From: Nitrosopumilus sp.
GTDB taxonomy: Archaea; Thermoproteota; Nitrososphaeria; Nitrososphaerales; Nitrosopumilaceae
Direction of reading: 5' to 3'
Length of the DNA: 32,000 bases
Assembly: GCA_965224195.1 (NCBI GenBank)
Contig: OZ245040.1
Coordinates: forward strand, 287,312-319,311
Positions 17,004-27,019 of the stretch are shown one piece after another. The translations under genes were made by a program, and so were the position numbers. Every line of letters begins with the position of its first letter. Position 1 is the first letter of the stretch. The notes beneath the pieces were generated by a model. It was not told the origin of the DNA. It saw only the letters and a list, made by a program, of their open reading frames with translations, and made no database searches.

Positions 17004-17078
17004 AGCGGGGTGGGGAAGCCAGGTCATCCCGGCGGGCTCATAACCCGCAGTTCAGTAGTTCAAATCTACTCCCCGCTA
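17004..17078 (+). tRNA. Initiator tRNA-Met (CAU)
   Basis: AGCGGGG-TG-GGGA-AGCCAGGTCA-TCCC-G-GCGGG-CTCATAA-CCCGC-AGTTC-AGTAG-TTCAAAT-CTACT-CCCCGCT-A folds with all stems perfect. The A1:U72 pair and three G:C pairs closing the anticodon stem are archaeal initiator hallmarks. Confidence 0.9.
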
Positions 17079-17079
17079 C

Positions 17080-18408
17080 TTATTTTCCATATACACAAAA
17101 CCATGAAAGGGATTTCTCAAATTTTGATGATTTGTTAATTGTTCCAATTCTCTGTAAAGGTCTACTTAGATGCCTATGTGCAGATATTTTTGGAAGATAG
17201 AGTTGTTTTTGGATATTTCTTGAAATTTTAGTAGTAATTTTTTTAGAAGCTTTTTTTCCACAACGAACACACTGAAATCCTTGATTGACGCCTTTAGATT
17301 TCATTTTTTTGTGACATTTATTGCATTGAGGATTTGATAATGTGGTATTCTTTTCGAGTGAAATAATATCAATAAATTCAAGATTAATTATTCGGGGAAA
17401 ATATTTTGAGGCTTTTCTAACTCCTCCACCAACATGAATTTTATCTCCTTTTAGCAAATTTGATGCAATTAGAGTCATACCAGTCGGTTTGTAAACAGCA
17501 CACCAAAATTCATGGCCCTTAGAAATAATTTTAAAAAATACATGACCTCCTTTTACAATTTTTGGTGTATTAGATACAACACCAGAGATTTTTCCAGATG
17601 CATAAGGTTTCATGTTTTCAAAAGTTAGTTCATTTTTCAAATGATCACCAGTTCCCTGATTTGATTTAAAGATCATATATCCGTCTAATTTTTCATTCGT
17701 TTTGAGAATTTTAGTAGCATAAACCAAAGAATCAACATTTTCACCTCTAACACCATAAAAAACAGGATCTGGACTATGTGGAGTAATTAAAACTCGACCT
17801 TTTTTTGTATCAAAGCTGTTAAACGTGTTAGGGGAAGTTTTTTCCTGCATATGTTTTACACTCTCAGTAGAAATTTTTCTCTCTTTTCCAAATTTTGATC
17901 TTTTGCGATAACTTAAAAGTTCCAATGTATGATCTTTAAAATCATAACCTATTGCACCTATAGCACCAACTAATCCTTGACCATTTCCTTGAAAATGAAT
18001 TTCAAGATTGTTTTTTTTAGCAAATGTTTTTGCATTGTTACGATTAATTAATTGCCATAAAGCTAATTTACTAAATTTAATGAATTCAGATGGAATACTA
18101 TCACTTTCAAAAAATACTAATCCCGGATTTGCGCCATTTTTAGTATCAGAATATTTTGAAACAAAATTTTTAATTTGATTTTTAATTTTAGATGGGTTTT
18201 TTGTCTTTATTTTAAAAGAAACTGCACCATTTCCTCTAGTTTTCCAAGGAATGTTAGGATTGAATCTAATTAATCTTGGAAAATCCAGAAATTCCGTTTT
18301 TTGCTTTTGGAGTGAATCAACAATTTTGTAAGCAAGAAATGTGGTACACATACCTTTTGGAGAATCAGTATCATCAAATCCAACATTTAAGATAGTTTCC
18401 TTTTCCAT
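17080..18408 (-). CDS. tiaS: tRNA(Ile2) 2-agmatinylcytidine synthetase
   Basis: The N-terminus VGFDDTDSPKGMCTTFLAY is the TiaS signature. The C-terminal zinc ribbon is CNKCHKKM...CVRCGKK. Confidence 0.85.
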   Translation of the reverse strand: MEKETILNVGFDDTDSPKGMCTTFLAYKIVDSLQKQKTEFLDFPRLIRFNPNIPWKTRGNGAVSFKIKTKNPSKIKNQIKNFVSKYSDTKNGANPGLVFFESDSIPSEFIKFSKLALWQLINRNNAKTFAKKNNLEIHFQGNGQGLVGAIGAIGYDFKDHTLELLSYRKRSKFGKERKISTESVKHMQEKTSPNTFNSFDTKKGRVLITPHSPDPVFYGVRGENVDSLVYATKILKTNEKLDGYMIFKSNQGTGDHLKNELTFENMKPYASGKISGVVSNTPKIVKGGHVFFKIISKGHEFWCAVYKPTGMTLIASNLLKGDKIHVGGGVRKASKYFPRIINLEFIDIISLEKNTTLSNPQCNKCHKKMKSKGVNQGFQCVRCGKKASKKITTKISRNIQKQLYLPKISAHRHLSRPLQRIGTINKSSKFEKSLSWFCVYGK

Positions 18409-18490
18409 GACTTGTTTTAATTAATCAGACATTTTTAGTTGTTGTAAGCTTCAGTTGATTTAAATTAATAACGTACCATTCCAAGCTGAA

Positions 18491-19486
18491 TTGATCATAA
18501 TAGATGAAGCAAGGATTTTCAAAGAAATAGACGATAAAAAACCAGCATCAGTTTCATTAAATGGCCCAGATGGTATGTTACCTCAAGTCCAAGATATGGC
18601 AATTAAAATTTCATCAAAGTATGGAATACCAGCGTATATTTTAGCAGATACTACATGGGGAACTTGTGATTTGAATACAACAGGTTCAAAAATACTAGGG
18701 GCAGAAATTCAATTTAACATTGGACATACAATTAATACAGAATCATTAGAAAAAAATTTAGTTTTAATTGATGCTTTTGATGATGTTGGATTTGATAGCG
18801 TTGCAGAGCAATGTACAGATCTTTTAAAAGGAAAATTAATTTCACTTGTTACAGACAGTCAACATTTACATCAAATGGATAGAGTTGAAAAAATTTTAAT
18901 AAAAAATGGAATTAAAGTGAAAATTGGAAAAGGTAAAGGACAGTTAAATGACGGTCAAGTATTTGGTTGTGAATTTTATCCTGCAACAGAACTAAAAAAA
19001 GAAGTTGATGCCTATGTATTTTTAGGACAAAGTAATTTTCATGCAGCAGGGATTGCATTATCTACAAATTTGCCAACATTTGTTTTGGATCCTTATTTTA
19101 ATGAAGTAAGAGAAGTAACAGAATTTGCACGTTCGCTAAAAAAGAAAGCATCTCTAGCAATATTCAAAGCTGCTGAAGCAAAATCATTTGGAATAATTAT
19201 CGGATTAAAAGAGGGACAATTATCAAAAGTGTTTGGATTAAAATTTAAGAAAGAATTAGAAAAAGAAGGAAAATCAGTGCAGTTATTTGCACTTACAGAT
19301 ATTACAAATGAACGATTAAACAATCTTAGAGGAATTGATGCATTTATTCAAGTTGCCTGCCCAAGAATTTCTACAGATAATCAATTTGACAAACCTGTAT
19401 TGTCCACCCCACAGGCTAATGCACTTCTAAAAGTTTTACGAAAAGAAAGTATTGGTAAATATTTAGAAATTCCACATTGGTTATAA
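18491..19486 (+). CDS. dph2: Diphthamide biosynthesis radical-SAM enzyme Dph2
   Basis: WGTCD, NIGHT and VACPRISTDN motifs with archaeal Dph2 length. Uses a TTG start. Confidence 0.8.
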   Translation: MIIIDEARIFKEIDDKKPASVSLNGPDGMLPQVQDMAIKISSKYGIPAYILADTTWGTCDLNTTGSKILGAEIQFNIGHTINTESLEKNLVLIDAFDDVGFDSVAEQCTDLLKGKLISLVTDSQHLHQMDRVEKILIKNGIKVKIGKGKGQLNDGQVFGCEFYPATELKKEVDAYVFLGQSNFHAAGIALSTNLPTFVLDPYFNEVREVTEFARSLKKKASLAIFKAAEAKSFGIIIGLKEGQLSKVFGLKFKKELEKEGKSVQLFALTDITNERLNNLRGIDAFIQVACPRISTDNQFDKPVLSTPQANALLKVLRKESIGKYLEIPHWL

Positions 19487-20086
19487 TTATAAAATTAAAT
19501 TTTTAAATCTAGCATTATTGGATAATTTTTCAAATATTTTTGATTTTTTAGCTTTTATTTTATATTGTATTCCTTGAGAAATAGCACGTTCAAGCAAATC
19601 TAACGCTTCTTCATTTTTAGACAACATTACAAAACTACAAGATTTATCAAATAAAACATCTGCATTATCAGGATAGTTATCTAAAATTCGATTACAACAT
19701 TCAATAGATTCATCATAATTTTCCATAGAAAATAAAATTCGCTCTTTATGATACAATGCTATATTATATTTTGAATTATTATCGAGTATGATATTGCATA
19801 TGTATAATGCATCTACAAATTTCTCTTGTTTACGAAATGAAGAAACTTTGTTAACTAATAGTGAAAGATCATCTGGAGAACTCTCTAAAGCAGCATCATA
19901 GCATTTTATTGCATTATCAAAATCTTTTAGTTTACTAAGAGCATATCCCTTATTGTTAAGAGAGCTTACATGTTGAGGGTTTTCATCTAGAATTTTATCA
20001 TAATACGTAATGGCTTCACGCAATTTACCTGTTAAAAACAGTCTATTGGCTTCATCTAAAATTGAATTTATTTTTGGATCTTCCAT
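19487..20086 (-). CDS. TPR-repeat protein
   Basis: Repeated 34-aa A..YY/Y..AL..(N)P patterns, for example AITYYDKILDENPQH and AIKCYDAALESSPDD. Confidence 0.7.
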   Translation of the reverse strand: MEDPKINSILDEANRLFLTGKLREAITYYDKILDENPQHVSSLNNKGYALSKLKDFDNAIKCYDAALESSPDDLSLLVNKVSSFRKQEKFVDALYICNIILDNNSKYNIALYHKERILFSMENYDESIECCNRILDNYPDNADVLFDKSCSFVMLSKNEEALDLLERAISQGIQYKIKAKKSKIFEKLSNNARFKNLIL

Positions 20087-20087
20087 A

Positions 20088-21167
20088 TCATAGAGATCCA
20101 GGTTTGATTAAGATTTTTCCAAAAAGACCTTTACCTTTGAGCATTTTTGTATGAGCATCAGCAGCTTCTTCTAATGAATATACAGAATCAATAACAGACT
20201 TGATTTTGCCTTGTGACATCCAATACAGACCTTGTTCTAATTCGGTTCTAGTTCCTTGAGTGGAACCCAAAATATTGATGCCTTTAAAGAAAATATGACG
20301 TAAATCAGTCTTAGCATCATATCCTGTTGTGGCACCGGTTGTTACAATAGTTCCTCCGTAATTTAGTAAAGTAAGTTCTTTGTTCCAATGAGAACCACCA
20401 ATGTGTTCAAAAATAACATCAACCCCAGTTACATCTCCCAAAGGTTTGGGAATTTTTTTGGCAATTGATCTTACTTCTTTATGCCAATCTTCTTTTCTAT
20501 GATCTACAGCATAATCAGCACCAAGTTCCAATAATTTATCTAATTTATCAGGACTGGCAGTAGCAATTACAGTACATCCAAAAAGTTTTGCAATTTGTAT
20601 TCCATAATTTCCAACACCAGAACTACCTCCCATTATCAAGACAACTTGTCCTGGTTGAATTTTTGCTCTACCAATTAACATATGCCATGAAGTTAACAAA
20701 GTCATTGATGCAGCAGCTGCTTCATCATATGAAACACCTTCCGGGATTTTTATAACATTAATTTCTGGAAGATGTGTAAATTCACAATAACCACCCCAAA
20801 GAGGACCGGTTTCAAAACCCCAAATAGTTCGTTTTCTACAATCAAATTCTCTCCCAGCAGTACACGCTTTACAAACTCTACATGACATATTTCCATGTGA
20901 TACAACCCTATCACCAACTTTGATAGTTTTAACATCGCTACCAATAGCTGTTACCTCACCGGCAGCATCAGTTCCAGAAATATGTGGTAATGGAATTGCT
21001 AATGGTTTACCTCTCATTCCCCATATATCATCATAATTAAGAGCAGCTGTTTCTACTTTGATTATAACTTCATTAGATTTTGGTTCAGGTATAGGAATGT
21101 CTTTAATTCGTAAGATTTTAGAAAAATCATCATCATCAGTATATTGATCATATACTAGGGCTTTCAT
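20088..21167 (-). CDS. Zinc-type medium-chain dehydrogenase/reductase, crotonyl-CoA reductase (Ccr)-like enoyl reductase
   Basis: The GroES-like N-domain carries the Cys cluster CRVCKACTAGREFDC. The Ccr-like motif is IWGFETGPLWGGYCEF, and the Rossmann motif is GGSSGVG. Confidence 0.7.
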   Translation of the reverse strand: MKALVYDQYTDDDDFSKILRIKDIPIPEPKSNEVIIKVETAALNYDDIWGMRGKPLAIPLPHISGTDAAGEVTAIGSDVKTIKVGDRVVSHGNMSCRVCKACTAGREFDCRKRTIWGFETGPLWGGYCEFTHLPEINVIKIPEGVSYDEAAAASMTLLTSWHMLIGRAKIQPGQVVLIMGGSSGVGNYGIQIAKLFGCTVIATASPDKLDKLLELGADYAVDHRKEDWHKEVRSIAKKIPKPLGDVTGVDVIFEHIGGSHWNKELTLLNYGGTIVTTGATTGYDAKTDLRHIFFKGINILGSTQGTRTELEQGLYWMSQGKIKSVIDSVYSLEEAADAHTKMLKGKGLFGKILIKPGSL

Positions 21168-21254
21168 GATTTTTATCTAATTTTTGAAGATATATGATTT
21201 ATCCAGATCCATCAAATCACAAACAATTATAATCATAAATACAAAATTCTCTAT

Positions 21255-21806
21255 ATGTCTGAAAATGCAATATTTCCAGGTGACAAAATAGCATCTATTG
21301 AAGAATATGAGGCAGGAAATAACGCTTTTGATGACGGTGACATGGTTAGAGCAGCAACAATTGGAGAAAAATGCATTGACAAGGAATCACGAACTGTAAA
21401 TGTAAAACATCCAAAACTTCTATCAATTCCAAAAGTAGGAGACATCATTATTGGGACAGTAGCTGCAGTTATGTCATCAATGATTGCAGTTTCAATTGAT
21501 TACATTAATGGTAAACCTACAACATCAAAAGTAGAATGTATTTGTGGAACACGAAATTTAAGAATAAGAAATGTTGCGTTAGTAAATGATATAGTTACGC
21601 TAAAAATCCTTAATCATCTTAATGGTACTATTCATGCATCTATTAGTGAACCCAATTTAGGGATTTTATTTACAAAATGTAGAAAATGTGGCGGTAAAGT
21701 TATTCCAATGCGTGATGCAATAAAATGTACAGATTGTGCATGGATTGATGAAAGAAAACTTTCTGCAAACTTTGGAAATAGTGACTTCGTAAATTTAAGA
21801 GATTAA
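21255..21806 (+). CDS. csl4: Exosome RNA-binding subunit Csl4
   Basis: N-terminal domain (PGDKIASIEEYEAG), S1-like core (GDIIIGTV) and C-terminal zinc ribbon (CRKCGG...CTDC). Confidence 0.75.
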   Translation: MSENAIFPGDKIASIEEYEAGNNAFDDGDMVRAATIGEKCIDKESRTVNVKHPKLLSIPKVGDIIIGTVAAVMSSMIAVSIDYINGKPTTSKVECICGTRNLRIRNVALVNDIVTLKILNHLNGTIHASISEPNLGILFTKCRKCGGKVIPMRDAIKCTDCAWIDERKLSANFGNSDFVNLRD

Positions 21807-21809
21807 AAA

Positions 21810-22625
21810 ATGATTTATGTTTCGTTCCAAGGCGAACGAGGTGCTTATAGTGAAGCAGCAGCAAAATCATTTTTCAATGAACAAATTGAAACAGTACCTC
21901 AAACTACATTTGCAGAAATATTAGATAATACTTCAAATGATAAAACACAATATTCAGTTTTACCAGTGGAGAATTCTTTGGAAGGAAGTGTTGGTGAAAG
22001 TTATGATTTATTGTATTCAACATCTCTAAATGCAACAGGTGAAATCTATCATAGAATAGAACACTGCTTAATTGGAACTGGTGAAATTAACGAAATAGAT
22101 ACAGTGTATTCACACCCTCAAGCTTTAGGTCAATGTAGAAAATTTATCGAAGAACACAACATGAAAACAATTCCAGCGTATGATACTGCTGGAAGTGTAA
22201 AGATGATAAAAGAATTAAACAAAGATAATTGTGCATGTATTGCAAGTAAAGAGGCTGCAAAAATATACAACATGCCTATAATTTTAGATAATATTGCAAA
22301 TAATCTCAATAACTATACAAGATTTTTGATTCTATCAAAAGAGAATAATTCTGAAACGGAGAATGATAAAACATCAATAATTTTTTCAATAAAACATGAA
22401 CCTGGTTCTTTATTTAGAATAATAGAGAATTTTCATAAAAATAACGTTAATCTAACTAAGATAGAATCTAGACCAACTAAAGCAAATACTTGGGAATATA
22501 ATTTCTACGTAGATTTTGAAGGGCATCAAAGTAATTCTAAAATTTTAGAAATGCTAGATATAATAAAACAAGATACATTATTTATGAAAATTTTAGGATC
22601 TTATCCTTCTGCAAAATTAAACTAG
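21810..22625 (+). CDS. pheA: Prephenate dehydratase with ACT domain
   Basis: VSFQGERGAYSE, VLPVENSLEGSV, TRFLIL and LTKIESRP motifs. Confidence 0.88.
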   Translation: MIYVSFQGERGAYSEAAAKSFFNEQIETVPQTTFAEILDNTSNDKTQYSVLPVENSLEGSVGESYDLLYSTSLNATGEIYHRIEHCLIGTGEINEIDTVYSHPQALGQCRKFIEEHNMKTIPAYDTAGSVKMIKELNKDNCACIASKEAAKIYNMPIILDNIANNLNNYTRFLILSKENNSETENDKTSIIFSIKHEPGSLFRIIENFHKNNVNLTKIESRPTKANTWEYNFYVDFEGHQSNSKILEMLDIIKQDTLFMKILGSYPSAKLN

Positions 22626-23089
22626 AAACCTTTAGGTTTTCTTAAAGTAAAACCCATACTAAATCCAATAATTACCACCCCAGAGGTTATCACCATAAGA
22701 TCAAAGGTAAACCAAATAGGATCAGAAGTTCTAATTAATTCTCCAGTTATAAATAATTCAGAATTGCCTGTATTTTGAATTAAGATTTTTGTTTCACCAT
22801 CTATAAGATGAACCCATTCTAAGGACAATTCGTTTTTGTATGAAGTATTTGGAATTTGTAATCCATCTCCAGGACTTGCAAGCTTAAGATCAAAAGCATC
22901 GCCAACAATATCCATTCTTTGAGATGCATGAGCAGTAGCAGGAATTGTATATGGTATTGTATCTCCAACTCCTAATTCATAGTCTTCATGAATTGTAATT
23001 GGGCCAATATGAGTAAACAAAGAATATCCACCTATAGCAATTATTGCACTTCCAACTATAAGACCAATAATAGTTCTTTTAGAAAGCAT
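22622..23089 (-). CDS. Hypothetical membrane protein (N- and C-terminal TM helices)
   Basis: The hydrophobic segments are IIGLIVGSAIIAIGGYSLF and LMVITSGVVIIGFSMGF. I recognise no family. Confidence 0.55.
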   Translation of the reverse strand: MLSKRTIIGLIVGSAIIAIGGYSLFTHIGPITIHEDYELGVGDTIPYTIPATAHASQRMDIVGDAFDLKLASPGDGLQIPNTSYKNELSLEWVHLIDGETKILIQNTGNSELFITGELIRTSDPIWFTFDLMVITSGVVIIGFSMGFTLRKPKGF

Positions 23090-23232
23090 GATGAAATTAT
23101 TTTAGATACTGTTTAAAAAATTACCGGCTACATAGTAAGACTATTTCATGAATTAACTGAAAAAATTCAATATCTGAAAATATTGAAGAAAATATTAAAG
23201 TAATTATATTTTATTTTCATGATTCAAAAAAA

Positions 23233-24609
23233 CTATTGAGAATAGAAATGATTCCAACAATAAAATAATCCTCGTTTATAAATACTGCCTACACGATCAT
23301 AAATTAAATGACATCCAAGATCAGCATTACTCCAATGTGCTTTTTTTGGTCCATTCAATAACCATTTTAACAATCTACCATCCAATGAAATAGTCATATA
23401 TTGTTCATAATTTGCTATGTCACTTTGAGATATTTTTTGAAATCCTTGACCATTACAACTTATAGCAATAATCAAATTATTATTATTCATATCAACAATT
23501 TTTAAAATTATAACAGAATTTGAAACCCAATTAATCTTCTTTCGAATTTTTTCAAAATTTTCATATGATTTTGGAATTAAATCCAATATTTCTGAAGCAG
23601 AAGGGATAGATTCATGTTCATAAGGAAATTTTTTCTTAGAAAGAATGTCATCAACATATTTTTGTTTTTTATTTTTATCAATGGAAACATAATTTTTATT
23701 AATTTTTCCAGTATCAATATCAAACCAACAATTATTATTCATAATGATTCCTTTATTTTTATCAGATTGAATATTAGAACATAACCACTGAAATGCATCT
23801 TCCAATTCGGGTTCTCCACGGTATGAATTGAGAATTGAATTTTTACCACATAGTGTATAACGACCTGCAAATGGGATATAGTAACTTGGTTGTAATAATT
23901 CAATATATTTTTTTGATGTTTCAAGTTTAGCAAGTTGTTTTTTTATAGATTCTTGTTTTTTTATATCATCAGATAAATTGTAACAGTGGGGCCAAGACGA
24001 AGCTGCAACATAACCAACAAGTAAAACATCAATTTTACCATATACTAATTTAATTAGAGATGCAGTATTTTTTGCAATATCAAATGGACAATCATTCGTG
24101 TTTACAATTACTTGTTTTTCATTATCAAATACAGCCATAGTATCAATTTGAGTCGTTTTGAATTTATCTTCGGCTAAACCACAACCCATAATTTGACCAC
24201 AGATAGTAGGATCACAATTATCTGCAGCCATTATGTTAACATAAAAGTGATTTTTTAACTGTAATCTTATTCCATGTTCCAATTCAATTGTTTTAAAACC
24301 AAAACTTTCAATTTTATTTTTAAGGAATTTTTCAGGGAAGTTATGTATCAATACAGGAATATTTTTATTTAGTTTAGAAAGAGTTTTTGCAGAACAGTGA
24401 TCAGGATGAATGTGACTTACATAAATAAAATCAACATCATCAAAATTATTGGGATTGAAATCATATGGCGGATATATTGCCCAAGAACCTAGATATTCTT
24501 CACCATCAAGCCAAGGATCACATAAAATTTTAATTTTAGAATCTCCAATGCTATCTTCAATCGTAATAGATGCAGAATTAAGTTGAGTGATTTTCATACA
24601 AATGTACAA
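23233..24609 (-). CDS. Metallo-beta-lactamase-fold protein with an uncharacterised ~230-aa C-terminal half
   Basis: ILCDPWL and the metal motif VSHIHPDHC (HxHxDH). The start is probably the Met at 24595 (MKITQL). Confidence 0.65.
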   Translation of the reverse strand: MYICMKITQLNSASITIEDSIGDSKIKILCDPWLDGEEYLGSWAIYPPYDFNPNNFDDVDFIYVSHIHPDHCSAKTLSKLNKNIPVLIHNFPEKFLKNKIESFGFKTIELEHGIRLQLKNHFYVNIMAADNCDPTICGQIMGCGLAEDKFKTTQIDTMAVFDNEKQVIVNTNDCPFDIAKNTASLIKLVYGKIDVLLVGYVAASSWPHCYNLSDDIKKQESIKKQLAKLETSKKYIELLQPSYYIPFAGRYTLCGKNSILNSYRGEPELEDAFQWLCSNIQSDKNKGIIMNNNCWFDIDTGKINKNYVSIDKNKKQKYVDDILSKKKFPYEHESIPSASEILDLIPKSYENFEKIRKKINWVSNSVIILKIVDMNNNNLIIAISCNGQGFQKISQSDIANYEQYMTISLDGRLLKWLLNGPKKAHWSNADLGCHLIYDRVGSIYKRGLFYCWNHFYSQ

Positions 24610-24667
24610 AAAACAGAGTATCTATTAAAATTCTTCATTGTATAATTAAATTTTAAACTCTAAACAT

Positions 24668-26098
24668 CTACATTAAAGAAACATCATGAGGTTGACTTTC
24701 GGCAAACCCTGCTCTTGACATTTTAATAAATTCAGCATTTTCTTGCATTTGTGGAATTGTGTGAGCACCACAATAACTCAAACCAGAACGTACACCGCCT
24801 GTTATTTGTTTTAAAATATCAGTTACGGTTCCTTTGTATGGAACCATTGCTTCAACACCTTCTGCAACATAGTCATTAAGATCATCATCAAGAGACATTG
24901 AACCTGTTTCTTTAGATTTTCTTCCTATAGATGCAGCTAGTGATGCCATACCACGATAAACTTTGAATCGTTTTCCATTTTTAGTTAAAACTGTACCAGG
25001 TGATTCATCAGTTCCACCAAGCATACTACCAACCATTACTGTTGAAGCGCCAGAAGCTAATGCTTTAGTTGCATCACCTGAAGTTCTAGTTCCACCATCA
25101 GAAATTATTGGAATTCCATAATCCTTACCAATTTTGGCACAATCCATTACTGCAGTTAGTTGTGGAACCCCAGAACCTGTAATTACTCTAGTAATACAAA
25201 TTGAACCAGAACCTACACCTACCTTTACAGCATCTACACCTGCTTTAATCAAATCTTCAGCTCCTTGAGCGGTTGCAATGTTTCCTGCAATTAATTCACA
25301 GTTTAGAAATGCTTTTTTGATGTTACGAACTGTACTGATTGCATTTTCACTATGTCCATGAGCAATATCTACAACAAGTACATCTGCACCTGCTTCCAAA
25401 AGAGATTCACTTCTTTCTAAAAAGTCACCTTTAACTCCAACTGCGGCACCAACTAGTGGTCTACCTTTCTTATCTTTAGATGCATTTGGAAAATCAGCAT
25501 TATTTATGATATCTTTACTTGTAATCAAACCTTTGATAAGACCAGAATCATCAACAATAGGTAATTTTTCAATTCTATGTTTGTGCAAAATTTCTTTAGA
25601 TTCATCTAATGTAACTCCAAGTTTTGCAGTTACAACATCTTTTGTCATCACATCTTGAATTTTACTAGTTTTATTTGCAAATAATAAATCCCTTTCAGTC
25701 ACTATTCCAATTAATTTTGAAGTAGAATCAACAACTAATAGACCTGAAATGTCTTTATCTTGTGCATAATCTAAAGCATCTTCAATGGATTTATCTGCAG
25801 TAATTGAGTATGGGTTTTCAATCATTACACTGCCTGATCTTTTAACTTTGAGAACTTCGTTTGCTTGTTCCTTAATAGTCAAAAATCTATGAATTATTCC
25901 AATTCCTCCAGCCCGAGCCATAGCACCAGCCATTGAGGATTCAGTTACAGTATCCATATTTGCACTCACAAAAGGAATGTTAATTGTAATATTTTGTGAT
26001 AATTTTGTAGACAGATCTGTCTGACTTCTACTTGTAATATCAGAATATTTGGGTACAAGAAGAACGTCGTCAAATGTTAATCCTTCTTTGAATTCCAA
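24668..26098 (-). CDS. guaB: IMP dehydrogenase (with CBS pair)
   Basis: [26 protein letters not shown] (catalytic Cys) and YRGMAS motifs. Confidence 0.93.
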   Translation of the reverse strand: MEFKEGLTFDDVLLVPKYSDITSRSQTDLSTKLSQNITINIPFVSANMDTVTESSMAGAMARAGGIGIIHRFLTIKEQANEVLKVKRSGSVMIENPYSITADKSIEDALDYAQDKDISGLLVVDSTSKLIGIVTERDLLFANKTSKIQDVMTKDVVTAKLGVTLDESKEILHKHRIEKLPIVDDSGLIKGLITSKDIINNADFPNASKDKKGRPLVGAAVGVKGDFLERSESLLEAGADVLVVDIAHGHSENAISTVRNIKKAFLNCELIAGNIATAQGAEDLIKAGVDAVKVGVGSGSICITRVITGSGVPQLTAVMDCAKIGKDYGIPIISDGGTRTSGDATKALASGASTVMVGSMLGGTDESPGTVLTKNGKRFKVYRGMASLAASIGRKSKETGSMSLDDDLNDYVAEGVEAMVPYKGTVTDILKQITGGVRSGLSYCGAHTIPQMQENAEFIKMSRAGFAESQPHDVSLM

Positions 26099-26143
26099 TG
26101 AAACCTTGTTAAGAAAGTAAAATATTGATTATAAGCCTTTGTG

Positions 26144-27007
26144 TTATTTTGATAATTTAGAAGCGATCGTTACTGCATCTTTAGTTACCTCTACATTATG
26201 AGTACGAATAATATCAGCACCATTCATTACAGACACTACTTCTGCAGAAATCGAGCCAAATAATCGATCATTTGGATTTTCTTTTCCCAAAATTTTCCCT
26301 ATGAATGATTTGTTTGAAACAGAGATCAGAATGGAATAATTTTTCTTAATAGAATTTAGATTTTTTAATATACATAGATCTCGTTCTAACCAATCTGATT
26401 TAATTTTTGTAAAAAATGGTCCCTTTCCTGTTTTTCTAAAAAACCCAATAGCAGGATCTAATACAATTTTTTCAGAAGAAATGTATGATTTTTTTGCAAT
26501 CTTTATGCTATCTTGAAGTAATTTTTTAGTTGCCGTTATAGTATTACCAGAAATAGGTTTTGGACTATATGCACATAAAATTAAAGATGGATTGTATTCA
26601 GAAATAACCTCTTTCATATTTTTATCATATTTTAATCCAGAAATATCATTAATAATGTCAACACCATATTCTAAAGCATCTTTTGCAACTTTTGCTCTAC
26701 AAGTATCTACAGATATTGGAAGATTTGTAGAATTTTGAATTATATTAATTGCATTTTGAATTCTTTTTGATTCTATTTTTTCTGAAACTGATGTAGACAG
26801 ATATGGTGCAGTAGACATTCCTCCAACATCAATAAAATCAGCACCTTGATCTTCCATTAGTTTAGCAGTATCTTTTATCAGAGATTTACTAGTATTAACA
26901 GACTTTTTGTAAAATGATTCAGGACTAGTGTTCAGAATTCCCATTATTCGCACCGGATTCTTTCCACCTACATCTACATTCCCAATTTTTGTCACATGGT
27001 TTATCAA
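26144..27007 (-). CDS. folP: Dihydropteroate synthase-like pterin-binding enzyme
   Basis: IMGILNTSPESFY, DVGGMST, ISVDT, INDISG, DPAIGF and IRTHNV motifs. Uses a non-ATG start (TTG at 27007 or GTG at 26995). Confidence 0.8.
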   Translation of the reverse strand: MINHVTKIGNVDVGGKNPVRIMGILNTSPESFYKKSVNTSKSLIKDTAKLMEDQGADFIDVGGMSTAPYLSTSVSEKIESKRIQNAINIIQNSTNLPISVDTCRAKVAKDALEYGVDIINDISGLKYDKNMKEVISEYNPSLILCAYSPKPISGNTITATKKLLQDSIKIAKKSYISSEKIVLDPAIGFFRKTGKGPFFTKIKSDWLERDLCILKNLNSIKKNYSILISVSNKSFIGKILGKENPNDRLFGSISAEVVSVMNGADIIRTHNVEVTKDAVTIASKLSK

Positions 27008-27019
27008 ATCTAATACAAT

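Noticed and set aside
16904-17200. 98-aa plus-strand ORF spanning tRNA-iMet
   Set aside because: It reads straight through a well-formed tRNA gene and then antisense into tiaS, so it is spurious.
22622-22625. Convergent pheA and membrane-protein genes share the palindrome CTAG as both stop codons
   Set aside because: This is a real but trivial consequence of genome compaction, with no functional implication that I can support.
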